DNA of 64,000 bases from Lingula anatina (taxonomy: Eukaryota > Animalia > Brachiopoda): assembly GCA_051362555.1 (NCBI GenBank), contig CM120640.1:1798001-1862000 (forward strand), written 5' to 3'. The notes beneath the pieces are model-generated. The model did no database searches and was not told the origin of the DNA. It saw nothing but the letters and a program-made list of their open reading frames with translations. Made by a program: the position numbers and the translations under genes. Of this stretch, positions 12,291-25,694 are shown one piece after another; the first letter of the stretch is position 1; each line of letters opens with the position of its first letter.

Positions 12291-15200
12291 ATGCAAGAGA
12301 AAAACGAAAGAGGTCTTTTTACTAGACAGCCAGGTTTATATTTTTATTCATCATGATGAACTTTTAAAAAGAAGTTCTACTGTAATAAAATATAAATTGT
12401 TAAATGTAATTACGTGCATATTTTACCATGTTATTATAAGTAACTTTTTTACCAAGATCAGTAACTTGAGTAAGAATTCATAAATAAACACTTGTCCAGC
12501 CATGGTAATTATTTTTGTTCAGCCGTAGATCTGCCGATTTTTGTTTTCCAAACCTAATAGTAAGACTTACTTTGCATACGTATATGATAACAAAATTGTA
12601 GAGAGTAAATGTATCTTATTCAAATAATAACGCCATCCTTTGCAGCAAGAATGTTACTGGTAGATTTTTCTTCAAACTTTGATGCTGATACCGGTCATAG
12701 CCTGACCCAAGCTTTGGAAAACTATTTTGCATTAGTATGCAATCTTGGAGGGCCAAACAGAACTCCATTTTTTGGTCTCATTAGTCTGAGTGACTACCCA
12801 GAGGTAACATATTGTACCATTTCTATATTTGAGTACATCCATGACCTTTGAGTGTGAATTAAAGACGTTGATTTTGTACAATTTAACTTATTTCTAGCGC
12901 TGTTACTTTGTGTGATTTATATGTATGAAATTAAATTAATAATGTTTGATCACAAAGCCAGATGTGTATATAGACAATGCCTGTGAGTTACACTCTGTCA
13001 ACACTCACTGTCTTAATAGATACCGGTCGATAAGAAAATCTGTTGTTTATACAGATCATAGAGTTTAAAATGTACGTTTTGTCTCCCAGCTTACATTAAT
13101 TTTTCACATTTTTTCCTCTAGACCTTATTTCCCCTACAAACAGTGCGGGCTTCCTTTCCCCGACTTCAGGCAGCGCTAAATGAACTTAAGAACTGTCACA
13201 GGACAAGCTTAATGTGCCACAGAAGAGGGGGTTGTCTTGACCAAGGGATTAGCGAAGCTTTGGCACAATTCAAGAGGCAGGCACAGAATTTATTTCAGGT
13301 AAAGGCTAAATGCAGACTTTCATGGTTTTTTAATTTCACTTATTATTATTTAAGGGGTTCAGAAATTCATGAGATTGGGAAATATATATTTTACTTACCT
13401 TGTATTTTACAATGATTTTTTACTAATAAGTGCTGCCTCTATTGTTTGATATTTAAAAGAAAGGTTGGTGTATAAAAAACTTGAAATAAAGTAAAGAAAT
13501 CACTTGGTAGTAAAGGCAAGTCTTTTTAATGTAATATATTCATCAGAGTACTAATTTTGTTGTATTATATTTTAAGATTTCAGGATATTGGAATCAGCTT
13601 GAGATCACTGTTATAACATGCCAGACTAGTGCAAGTATAGTCAAGCAGGTTGAAAAATTGTCATCCAAGCTGGATTTAGATAACCTAAAGGTATGTTCTT
13701 AGAAAGTATATAACCAAAAGTTTTTTTTTTTTTTTTGCTATAAGACAGTTTTTTTATAATAACTACTTTTATTCTTTTTTACATTTCTTTTTGTTCTTAT
13801 AAAATTACTAATTTGTCACCAAATCAGTTTTGATTTTCTTGCTTTCTTTAGTGAAAGACAGTTGTCCGGTATTAGATGGAAATTTTACAGACTGGCATGA
13901 AATGAGTCAAGTTGTGTAGTAAATATTAGATATGTATCATAATGTGAGACTTTTTTTACATGTTTTCTACAACACTGGAAGTTAAATAAATTATTCAAGA
14001 AATTATGGATTTCTTCCACTAATTTTTACTTAATTTAAATTTTATGTATTATTCTTTAAATCTTCAGAAAATCCAGGTGGTTTGTGTCAATAATCCCGAC
14101 CAGGTGTCAGTGCTGGATGACATTGGAGATGTCACAGATAGTAGTCAGAGGAGTGATGTGTCCCTGGGCTCCTCTAGCAGTGGAGGTATGGAAGGCATGG
14201 TGGAGGTGGTCAATATGGATAATGGTAAGAGACAGTAGTTATTATTGATATATAGTAGTCAGAGGAGTGATGTGTCCCTGGGTTCCTCTAGTAGTGGAGG
14301 TATGGAAGGCATGGTGGAGGTGGTCAATATGGATAATGGTAAGAGACAGTAGTTATTATTGATATATAGTAGTCAGAGGAGTGATGTGTCCCTGGGTTCC
14401 TCTAGTAGTGGAGGTATGGAAGGCATGGTACGTGGAGGTGGTCAATATGGATAATGGTAAGAGACAGTAGTTATTATTGATATATAGTAGTCAGAGGAGT
14501 GATGTGTCCCTGGGTTCCTCTAGTAGTGGAGGTATGGAAGGCATGGTGGAGGTGGTCAATATGGATAATGGTAAGAGACAGTAGTTATTATTGATATATA
14601 GTAGTCAGAGGAGTGATGTGTCCCTGGGTTCCTCTAGTAGTGGAGGTATGGAAGGCATGGTGGAGGTGGTCAATATGGATAATGGTAAGAGACAGTAGTT
14701 ATTATTGATGTATAGTAGTCAGAGGAGTGATGTGTCCCTGGGTTCCTCTAGTAGTGGAGGTATGGAAGGCATGGTGGAGGTGGTCAATATGGATAATGGT
14801 AAGAGATAGTAGTTATTATTGATATATAGTAGTCAGAGGAGTGATGTGTCCCTGGGTTCCTCTAGTAGTGGAGGTATGGAGGGCATGGTGGAGGTTGTGA
14901 ATATGGATAATGGTAAGAGGCAGATTATAGTAACAGACATAATTTAGCCGTGGTCAACATTTATTATGGTTGATAATGGTAAGAGACAAAAATCTAGATG
15001 TCGTTAATATTGATAATGGTAAGATTTAGAAATTAGAGGTGGTTCCTATATTGATAATGGTAATATTAAAGAGACAGAAAGAATTGTAATAAGGAATGAA
15101 AGGGGTCTCTACTCTATGTGTTTATAGAGTATTTGAAATACAGTAGTTGTAGCTTTTATCATTGAGAGAAGAAACGAAGCTGAAGTATGACTAGATTACT

Positions 15201-15422
15201 CTAGAACTAAGTATCAAACAAATGAAGTAATTGAATTAGAACGAATTATTTTTGTTTCCAGATGTTCTTATTTTTCAAGATTTCTTTAAAACCTGGTTAT
15301 ATGATGCCAGCACAGACAAAGAACACTTACATCTAGTGTTACCAGGTGAGTGCAGTATAAGGGAAGTAAACACTGAAAGGGGAATAAGTTTATGCCTGTG
15401 TCTCATTATAATGTGTTTGATG

Positions 15423-15459
<37 letters not shown>

Positions 15460-17437
15460 ATATAATCTATGCGATTGTGGTTCAGATGTATGGCAGTATT
15501 TTCATGGTGAACTCAGAATTTTCAATCTTAACTTTAAATATGTCTGATGCAGTTTTGATAAGAAAGTATTTTCTCACTTGTTTCAGACTCATTGACAATA
15601 AAATGTGACCTCCATGAAAGATTGCTGGACCCTAGTCTGTTACCCTTCAACTTGCAGTTTGTATGTTTCTGAAAAATTGATTAAATTTTTAATTTCTTTC
15701 AAAGTTGATCTGTGTCATCACAGATTTAACACTGGTTAACTGCAAAGATTTATAAGAATTATAAGATGGTGATTAGATAATTTTGATAATTTTCCAATAA
15801 ATGATTTTAAGTTTGGCAAATTAGCACATTTTTTTCCAATTCTAATTCATAATATACATCAGTATATGTTGTTTTATTTTTTCCATAACCTCATTTTCAG
15901 CAACTGCAGCCGGACTCCTTTATGTCCAAACCTGTGATCCCCACAGTCAAGAAAGGTCAAAATACTGTGGTCCCTGTACATAGACTGCTAGTGAAGAACC
16001 TGCTGCCTGCTAACTCCATCTGTGAAAGTGTAGTCTATGGATATGTAAGTGAAAAAGAAGGCAAATGTCATGTATTATTTTTGTCAATCATTTTTTGTTT
16101 GAAAAATATTTTTGGTTTAATCAAAGTGGAAGTTTTGATTAATCTATTTCTATTATACTAAGACTATATTATTTTATTATACAATAACTAATATTTGTAA
16201 TCTCTGTTTCAAGTGAGATCCTGTAGTAATTACCATGAGTAATTATTATCTAGTTGTCCTGTTTCAGCCCCAGGTAATGAGACCCACCACCTGTTGGAAG
16301 ATAGACTGGGATGAACTGGAGATGAATCAGCAGCTATTCCAGGCCATGTGCTCCCTCTTACAAGAAAAGGTATTATAGACTGCTATTTAGTGAGAGAATA
16401 CATGATTTGTGTGATGGCTGGGGCATTTTCTTGATCTTTTTTTTTTTGAAAATTTTTGTACTTTGAAAACATGGTATATCTTTTATGTCATAACTTAGAA
16501 TGTGATGACAACATTTGCTTTTTTAGGAAATGGTACTTTTAGCTTGTACAGCTGAAGTGAAGTCAGAGAACTCTTATGCCAGTGATAGTCCCACCAGTCC
16601 TTGTGGACACTTCCTTCTCTTGCCTTCCCACTCCTGCTCTGTCCTCATCAAACCCATAGCAGTCAGTGAGCTCATGATGCCATGTGACTTCACTGTGCCA
16701 AAGGAAAATCCCTGTCAGGACAGTGTGGATGCTGTACAGGCAGCTCTTAAAAAGGTATTGCTTATTCATTGTAGGTCAATTCAGTGCGAGGTAAATGAAC
16801 AAGATGGATTTTTAACTTACTGCATTTTTCATAAGCTGATTATAATTATCTTGGTAAGATTCTGAGTGTGGCAGGACACTTCAAACCCCATTTCATCTTT
16901 TCCATAATTGACAGCTAAATGTGTTGTGCATTCCTACCCATGTACCAAGTAGTTTTATGTGATGAGTTAATATTGATGACCATAAAACAGCATCAAGTTG
17001 ACAGTCTACTTTATAACAACACAGGTTAAAGTGCTAGAGATGTACAACCCTCTGCTAACACAGTCAGGACTGTACCAGGCTCTGATAAAACGTCTGTCTG
17101 GTGGCTCATCGGGAAATAAAAATCTCAAGAGAAGACTTGGTGTTACCCCACAGGTACAAAATTTCTCACCATATTTTACTTTTTAAAGTTAAAACATGCT
17201 GACAGCATAATAAGTTTTACATGATTGGTTGATGCTACAATGATCTGAAAAGTGTCGCTTTTATAAAGGACAGAAGCATATTTGACAATATCCTGTTACA
17301 TGATTTTTATCAAACTGGTTGTCTTTTAGTGTCCCGGCGCCACAAGAGGCAGAGGAAGAGGGAGGACGCAGCCCGGTTTTCATTATGCACCAAAATCACA
17401 GAAGAGGTTCTGCTACAACTCATGCATTTATTGCTGA
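12291..17437 (+). CDS. M1AP: Meiosis 1 arrest protein homolog (multi-exon)
   Basis: MQEKNERGLFTRQP|ARMLLVDFSSNF..LTQALENYFALVCNLGGPNRTPFFGL..PLQTVRASFPRLQAALNELK..ALAQFKRQ resembles the vertebrate M1AP N-terminus as I recall it (QPPRLLIV..ALQNFFSLACSLMGPSR..NFARLQ). Later exons give FFKTWLYD..DKEHLHLVLP, IKCDLHERLLDP, ICESVVYG, RPTTCWKIDWDELEMNQQLFQAMC, GHFLLLPS and YNPL. Canonical GT-AG junctions in phase. Confidence 0.9.
14138..14919. repeat. Tandem array, 114-bp unit x ~7, spanning an M1AP splice donor
   Basis: GTAGTCAGAG recurs at 14141, 14255, 14369, 14487, 14601, 14715 and 14829. The unit is ~87 nt of exon end plus ~27 nt of intron start (gtaagagacagtag...). Confidence 0.97.
15425..15455. 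repeat. (GA)n microsatellite
   Basis: GA run in an M1AP intron. Confidence 0.9.
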
Positions 17438-19719
17438 TAATGACGACCCCTTCCCAACACAGCTTTGATATTTTACATGGCACACTGCCTGGATGTTTTC
17501 TGTTCAGAGACTAAAACCATGAGAATGTTTTTTTTTTTTTTGAAAGCCACCTCCTAAATGATATCAAGATGCATGGGTCTTTGAAATTTGCCAGAATGCA
17601 CTGTAACAGGAGAGTTTCCCATCTTGTATCTAGACAAAGCTAATTTTATTTATTGTAAATATATTTATATCTTCTATAAATTATAGCTTGTTTCCACACA
17701 CAAATAAAACAACACATTTTCAAGTTTTGCATATTTTTTCATTAAAAACTGTTTGAAATATTACAGTCTTTTTTTGTATTACAAAATTATCATTTCAACT
17801 GATTAGAGCCAGTTCTACTGGACATAGAAAACAATACACATCATGACAATCAATACTTGGTCTTCCACTAATAAATGAACACAACCCACAGCCGCCTTAG
17901 CATTATATTGCACAGAAGCTCTCTGTATGAAAAAAATTAGGAGGAAACGGACATATGACAACATGCAGCAATGTCTACATTATACTGTCTAGCGTCTTCT
18001 CCTACTTGCACAAGGTTAAATAAAATTTGCAACAAAAAGTCCAAAGCTGCAGCAACTTGCACTTCTATCTTTAATGAAATTTGAACTATCTTCTGCATCA
18101 AAATTTTACCCTTTACAATTATAAACAAAACAAAATGATCTGCCAAAAGCACTAATTCTACAAACACCATAACCTGATTTAACACAGGACTAAACAACCT
18201 AAAGCAACAAGCTACAAGGCTATTTGACCTCGTAAGTGTTTTATAACTTTATAGGCAAAAGGGGAAGCCTTAGATATGATATAAAGAATTTACAAAAGCT
18301 GCAAGAAACTTGTGATAAAATACTGTTCGGAAATGCAATTCAAACTTGAACTGGTCTTTGATATTAATGATCAATTCTTTTGTAACAGAAGCAATACTGA
18401 GGAGGATAACATTGTCTTCAATACAAAAAATATCCAATTAGCACCTTGAAAAATGTGTTTAAAAAAGTACAAAAATTGTGGCAAAGTTTCGACTGAGGAT
18501 GAATTTACAATGGGACTGTTTTAATTTTTCTCTAAAACAGAACAATTGAACATTGACACCATGATAACAAACACAAGGCATGATCTATTCACTTCTATAG
18601 TAAACCTAAACAAGAACTACATTTGTGCTTTGCTACTAATACATAAGAATGCAAATTGACGGGCCTGGCAAAAACATTAAAGGCTATCAGAAGCAAAACA
18701 ACTCGCATAAACAAACAAACAAAAAAAAATTGTAATGCGCTGTTGGCCCAATCGAAGAAATTCCCTATATTATTTAGCTCCTTTCAATCACATTGGCATA
18801 ATTTCCAGACAGGTAAATATTGTGAAAATATCACATAAATAATGAAATGAAATATATCACATTGTTGAAGATGTCGGACTATTTCTGACATGTGTTTACT
18901 ATATTAAATTAAGTTTATCTACCTCTCTTGTCTAAATTCTATCTCTTTCTTACTTTCCATATAGAATATTAAATGTAATTTTATTGCAAAAGAAATAAAT
19001 TAAAATGAAAATAGTTCTTAATATCTATAAGAGCTCTGACTGAAACCCCGTATTGGAATGCTGAATTTCTGTCTTTTTACAGAGAAATTTTCTGTAATCT
19101 GAAACACTTTCAAACTTTAAGACAATATCACTGATAACTGTGAAGTATAAGGTGCTTGTTAATATATACTTAGGTTCCTTAAAATACAAGAAAACACTAC
19201 ATCATTCCTTTTGTTGTTTAGGTGGATAGAATTAACCGATTTAGTATGAAAGTTAACCTTCTTTCATGAAAGTAACCAATTTTTTTGGTCTTCAAACCAG
19301 AAAACTTGTCATTAAAGAAAAATTTACTGTTACTGTTTTACAGTTTTAAAGAAAATTCCCTTAAAACAATATAACAAAAACCAAAACATGAATGAGAGAT
19401 ATGGGGTGACAAAAAAACTTGACATTGCCAACAACTAAGAATAAAACATTAATATCTTGTTTAATCTTCTTAAAAAATGTAAGTTGCAGAAGCCACCTGC
19501 TGTGTAATTAAGTAACTTTTAAATAGGTACACACAAATGGGTCACACTTTTGGTACAAGGTAAGGTTTAGAAGGTCACTGGTGTAACAAGTTTGAGCGAG
19601 TTGGGTTTTAAGAAATCAAACAAGAAACCATAGAAAAATATATATCCACTGACAGCTTTCAGTAATCAAAAAAATTTTATTTATATGTCAGTAGTCTATA
19701 TTTATGTAAATAGCAGCAA

Positions 19720-22700
19720 TTAGTCCTTTGGTTTTGACTTTCCTTTCTTTTTCTTCTTTCCCTCGTCTTTTGGTTTGTATTCTTCCGGGTGTTCCAGTAT
19801 TTTCTTGCACTGTATAGCCTTCAGTCTGTCCCTGGCGGGTTCAAAGGAGGACTGTAGCCCCAGGGTGGACTCATAGAACATCACAGCTTTGGGCCAGTCA
19901 CCCTGGTCAGATAATATAAGATATATCACCATGATGATCACATGATGACTTAGGCACGTCATTTTGCAGCAGATACACTCAAATTTTACACAAAAATATC
20001 AATTTGTATCAATTACATAGTGGTTTACTTATTTCAAAATTTTCTGATGATATGCCTAATAATTTAAGAAATTTTCAAACAGAAGCCCAATGTCATGATG
20101 GTTTTCTCTCTTCTTTGATAATAAACAACGAAAACAACAGATTTAGTTCAAGAAGAAACTATTCCTGTGCACCCTCCATGTTTTCTTGTATATGTGACAG
20201 TACGCCCCTCACCTTGGCAGCGTAGATATTAGCCAGTGTAAAGTGAATCACCACAATCCTGGGAGACGTCTCCAGCGCCATGTTGATTACCACAATGGCG
20301 TCATTCAGACGACCAGACTTGTAGAGAACATTGGCCATACTGAGAAGTGAAATATCCTGAAAGGAAAAAAAAAATGACTAATTCTTAATCCAGATAAAAT
20401 TTTTGGTGTAAGAATAAAGTACAGATTGTTGTGTTACAGATGGGGGTCTTGGGGATGCTTAAAGTTAGAAAACTGCAAAAAAAAAAAAAAAAAAAAAATT
20501 GTCTGTTTTTCACAAAGCAGTAAGTGATAATCAAAAATACAGCCTTTAATCAAATGTGTTATTCTAAATTATAATTTTATTACAGCAAATATTTACTTTA
20601 TTCCATTATAAATATTCGCATGAAAAACTGTACAGTGTGTTGATTTCACTCACCCTCATGTCCCTGGGAGCAGTGTTCAGTGCCATACGCAGGCAGTTCA
20701 CAGCATGTTTGGCATTGCCTTCCACTCTCCAGTAGAGGGCAGCTAAGTTGCCCAACACCCATGAGGTGCCATTCTGAACAAAATTAAATATAACAGCTCT
20801 GTAATATTGCTTTTTTCAGAAAAAGATAGAGACTGAAAAACTTGAAGCAGCAAACTTTGGCAATACAACCAAAAAGGTAGTTTCATGAAGGGAAAAATTC
20901 AGTATTTCACCAAAATATTCCTCCACCAATTCAAAGTCATGTAGAAGAGATAAGTATTTTTGAAAAAATCATCTTTTTTTTTTCAATCACTATTGAAATC
21001 AAAGTATGAAAGGAATATAGAGATCAAATGTCTTCCATTTTAAAACATTTCTTGGTGGTGTTTCTGGTCAAAATTTACCTTCTTCAAAGCATGGGCTATC
21101 CTGGTTCCCACCACTTCACCTGGCTCCCCATCATCATCTCCTAGAGATTGTAACACCTGGAATATACACAGAGGACATGAGTTACACTGAAAACACATCA
21201 AGAAATTTACCCTGAGAACATGTAAATCTTACCTTCATTTTACTTCCATTCAAGTACTGCATACAGGGATTTCCTTCAAGTTTTAAATAAAATTCAAAGG
21301 AGGTTTTAAATTTCATGCAAAGAGATACAAAGTACCAAGTGTTACCTCCTTAAGGCCTGTCTCGGCAGCGTACTCCAGGCCGTTCCTCTCCGCAATCCCC
21401 TTGATGTGGTCCAGGGACTGGGCACTGGCACCAAAGTCCTTCTCACACACGGGCTCCTCCCACTCCCCACGGATCTTCTTAGAGAAGTTTACATGATGTT
21501 TAGGACTGGAAACATTGAAATGGCATATAATTTACAGTAGAAACTTGATAAGCAATCACTGGTGAAAGACAACATTGCACAAATTGCTCAATTGCAAAAT
21601 CTGTCAATCTCTCTTAGATTAGGTAAGTTTACACATGCATAATTTGCTCAAAAATATCTCTTCCATTAGTTTCATTATAACTCAGTTGTTGATATACATT
21701 ATACATAATATACATGCTTAGAAATTATGAAAATACATTATTTCACAACATGACTTCATCAAATAAGTCCCTAGAGTTTGATAATCTTAACTGCTCCCAT
21801 TGTCTACTTTCATGCATTTTGTAAATAAATTTCATACAATTCCGCATATTTAATAATTAAAATGTTCTTAAATGTGGTATCATCCATAAAAATCAGTGAA
21901 TTTTTTACAGCTATTGACAAAAGAAACTACCGCTCATTTCAAACACACAGCTATTAACTGTTCAACATTATCAACGTTATCATCCTCATAACACCTGTTA
22001 AGTGAAGACTTACTCTATTCCTTTGGCAGTTACAGACAGCCAGGTACTGGTGAATTTCTTAAAGTCAATTTTCTTATGATCCTGGCATTCATCCCAGGTT
22101 GGAATGGTCAAAGCTTTGCGGGCCACTATGTGCTTGGTGGTATCTGAGGTAAAGAAGAAAATAGAGGAATTAAGTCTCTGTTTTATCTATCAAATTTTCC
22201 TATTAATATCTAGATAATTTTATACATCTCACATAAGGGCTAAAAGGATCATTTTTGTGTAATCATGAATTGCCTAAGATACTCTATTCTTTCAGTTTTT
22301 TATACAGTAAATTCATTTTTTAAGAAAGAAAATATCAATTGTAAACAATATAATCAATTTTTTTCCCATTCAAACCAACCCTCACCTGGTAGCTCACTGT
22401 CAGGTATATCGGGAAGCTGGACATCTTCTACCTGTTCAATGGCGGCATTGATGACCTCCTCAAGGTCGCTGGGGTCGTCTGACTGGAGGTATACTGGCTG
22501 AAGCATGGGCTTTTCTTTGTTTTTCTTAGGCACTTTACTGTCATTGCTTTTGATGCTGTCTTTCTTTTTGTCTTTCTCTATTTTATTGTTGTTATTATTG
22601 TTGTTATTCACGGTGGAGGAACTGCTTGCTGCGTTGGCGTGGTCACACGTTGCTCTGTCCAGTTCCTCAAATTTTTGGTGAAAAACTGAAAGCTGATCAG

Positions 22701-23924
22701 CCTGAAGAAAAAAATAAAGTTCACTTAGTAATAATTTAAATATATATATATTTAAATTATATATAATATATATATATATATACCAATAATTTATCACTTT
22801 AATAATAATCAAACTGAAATAAAATCAAATGTAAAACTTTATAATGGTCATCTAACTGATCATTTCAAAATCAAAAGTACTCAAAAAGTGTCACCTACCA
22901 AAATACCAACAAGTGCCACATTTCTAACTCACCATTGGCTTGAATATTTCCTGTGCACAACCTTCTGATTTCTTGCCATCTTTAAAAATAATGCATTCCT
23001 CTGGACTGACCTTGACCTCTGACGGAGAGTCAGAGAAGACCAGGTTTTGTGTTATCAACCCGTTGATGTTCTCCAGGCGGATGTGTGGACGGGAGTTGGC
23101 AGGCTTGAATCACAGTGTACACTTAGCAATTTTTTTTTCAAAACATTTAATAATTCAAGAATGACAGTCACTTGTGTAACTTATCAAGTTTACCATCAGT
23201 CTGTGCAATATTTCAAGTCCAAGGTGAGAGACACACAGTTGATGATGATAATAATGACAACAAAAAGTCACAATTCCAAGTGACACAAATGATTTAAAGG
23301 GCGTACTTAAAACAAGTTGATCCATGGACTGCACTCATAACATTAAGGGAAGATTGCCAGGTAAAACCATGTTGTAAGTTCAATCTTACCTGCATCAAAT
23401 TGTGATCTTCACACTCTGGACTCTTACAGATCCCAATGTCTTTGTACAGCTGACCTATCTTCTCCATCTCCAGTTCTGGATCAACTGTACAAATGAAATA
23501 AAGTGAAACAAAGATATCAATGGTAAATACACAGATATGTGACAGAGTCTGAATAAAATACTGAAATGATGGGATTCTCCTGAATAATTACTATTTCAGA
23601 ATATAGTTTCATTTTTTTAAACATTAACTTTCAAACTGTTTTGTGTAAAAAAAATATCATGTAACATAGGCTACCAAAATACTGAAGAATCAATTTATAT
23701 ACGATAATATAAAGTTGGCACATTGAAAAATATACTACATATGTATTGGGAATATGTAAATGGGTTACTAGTACTGACACATCATGTTGAGTGGACTATT
23801 GGCTTGTGGGTCCATGGTGTTATGTATACACATCTGGGCCCCGTTAGCCTCATCTGCCACTGCTTTCTCAAGTTTACGCATCAAAGTATCTGAAAACAAA
23901 AAAAATAAATAAAAAAAAAAATTT

Positions 23925-23999
<75 letters not shown>

Positions 24000-25660
24000 A
24001 GATTAGACTACAGTGAAGTCAGCCCAGCTATCAGATTTTAATAATAACAAAATATAATTTATTGGTCACAATAAAAAGATTTATGTTGGCTGAAATTATC
24101 AATTTTAGATAAGCTTCCCAGGCCTGAAAGGACAAACAGTTTTGATTGTCTTATTTTTTTATTTATTTATTTATATTTATTTTTTTTTTTTTGCTCTAAT
24201 TATTGAAAATAATATTATTAAAAGTATCAGATGGTGATGATGACAACAAGTAACAGTATCAGTGGTTTGTAATATATAAGAACATTATGTAATTTGATAC
24301 CAAATTTTGGCAACACTGAAGTGTGCGACATCTAAACCTGACAATTTAACAATCACACATGTTCCATACAGTGTCTGTATTCAACACAAAATAAAACGGT
24401 GTATCAATATATCAGTCATGGCCCTTGAATATAAACAACAAAAATAAAGAAGTATATTATCAGAGTCATGCACGTACACCAACACCTAAAAATAAAAGGA
24501 TGGTTAACGTCAACTAACTTAAAAATTATCAACACCGCTAAGTGAATACTTATTTTACACTAAATAACCAAAGTCACTGCTTCTTCTTGGAATTTTCTAG
24601 GTGCTTTATACAAAATAAAATGCACTTTCTTGTTTTTCTCATAATATTGATCATTCTCAAATTTATATCAACCAGTTTTATGACCTTCATGAAGGTTTAA
24701 GTTACATCAAATGTCCTAAATCAATCCGTAACCTCTACCAAGTGATAAAACAAAACACCACCCAATAAACCTTGTTCTAATGACCCATCTATAAAATAAC
24801 TAAATTTCCTAAAACATCAAAACCGAACTAAAACACATTCCAGACGTGTAATTTATGTCACCCAAGCTAAGTACAACTTGTATCCACAAAATAAAAAGAC
24901 CTCAATTTCAAACTACAGGCAACCTTTACCTATGTACCTCAAGACTTTATAACAGGATCCTACACCATATTAACTTGAGGGGTGGGGACGGAGGGTATAC
25001 ATTTTTACTGGTGTACTACCTTTAAGATACTGGTTAAGATTTATATCAGGAAGTGTTTTGCGAACAACCATGATTTTCTTGCGAAGTCTACAGCATTTCT
25101 TACGCTTTGCTGAAATTATAGTCATAAAACATGGACATTTAATTATCTGTCTGAAGGACTTGACTATCTATTATGTTGGATAAAGTTGCAATGCCCTTTT
25201 CTTCAGTCTATTTTTTTTAAACACTGCATAAATATCTTTGATATCTACACACCTCCGTAACCAAATAGCTTCTTTTCAAAAACAAGACATAACTATATCA
25301 AGAATATCATCATATCTTTTTTCTATAATGGAAAAAAAACATGTATGTCTGAAACTCTGTAAGAAACAAATGTATGAAAAAATAACAAGGAACACAACCC
25401 TCAATAACAACACATTTGAGAATTTCAAAATAAGTGATCACAAAGAAAATGAAACCTCTATCAATTCTACAATTTTTCAGAGATAGGACCAAGTAAAGAA
25501 CCTGAATGTAGGCTTTGTCATAAACACTGTATGAATGAATTTGCTTTACATTACCTATATTTCAAAATGAAACACACATGTACATACAACACACACACGC
25601 ATACATACACAAGCGTACACACGTGCACACACACACACACACACACAGACACAACCACAT

Positions 25661-25694
<34 letters not shown>

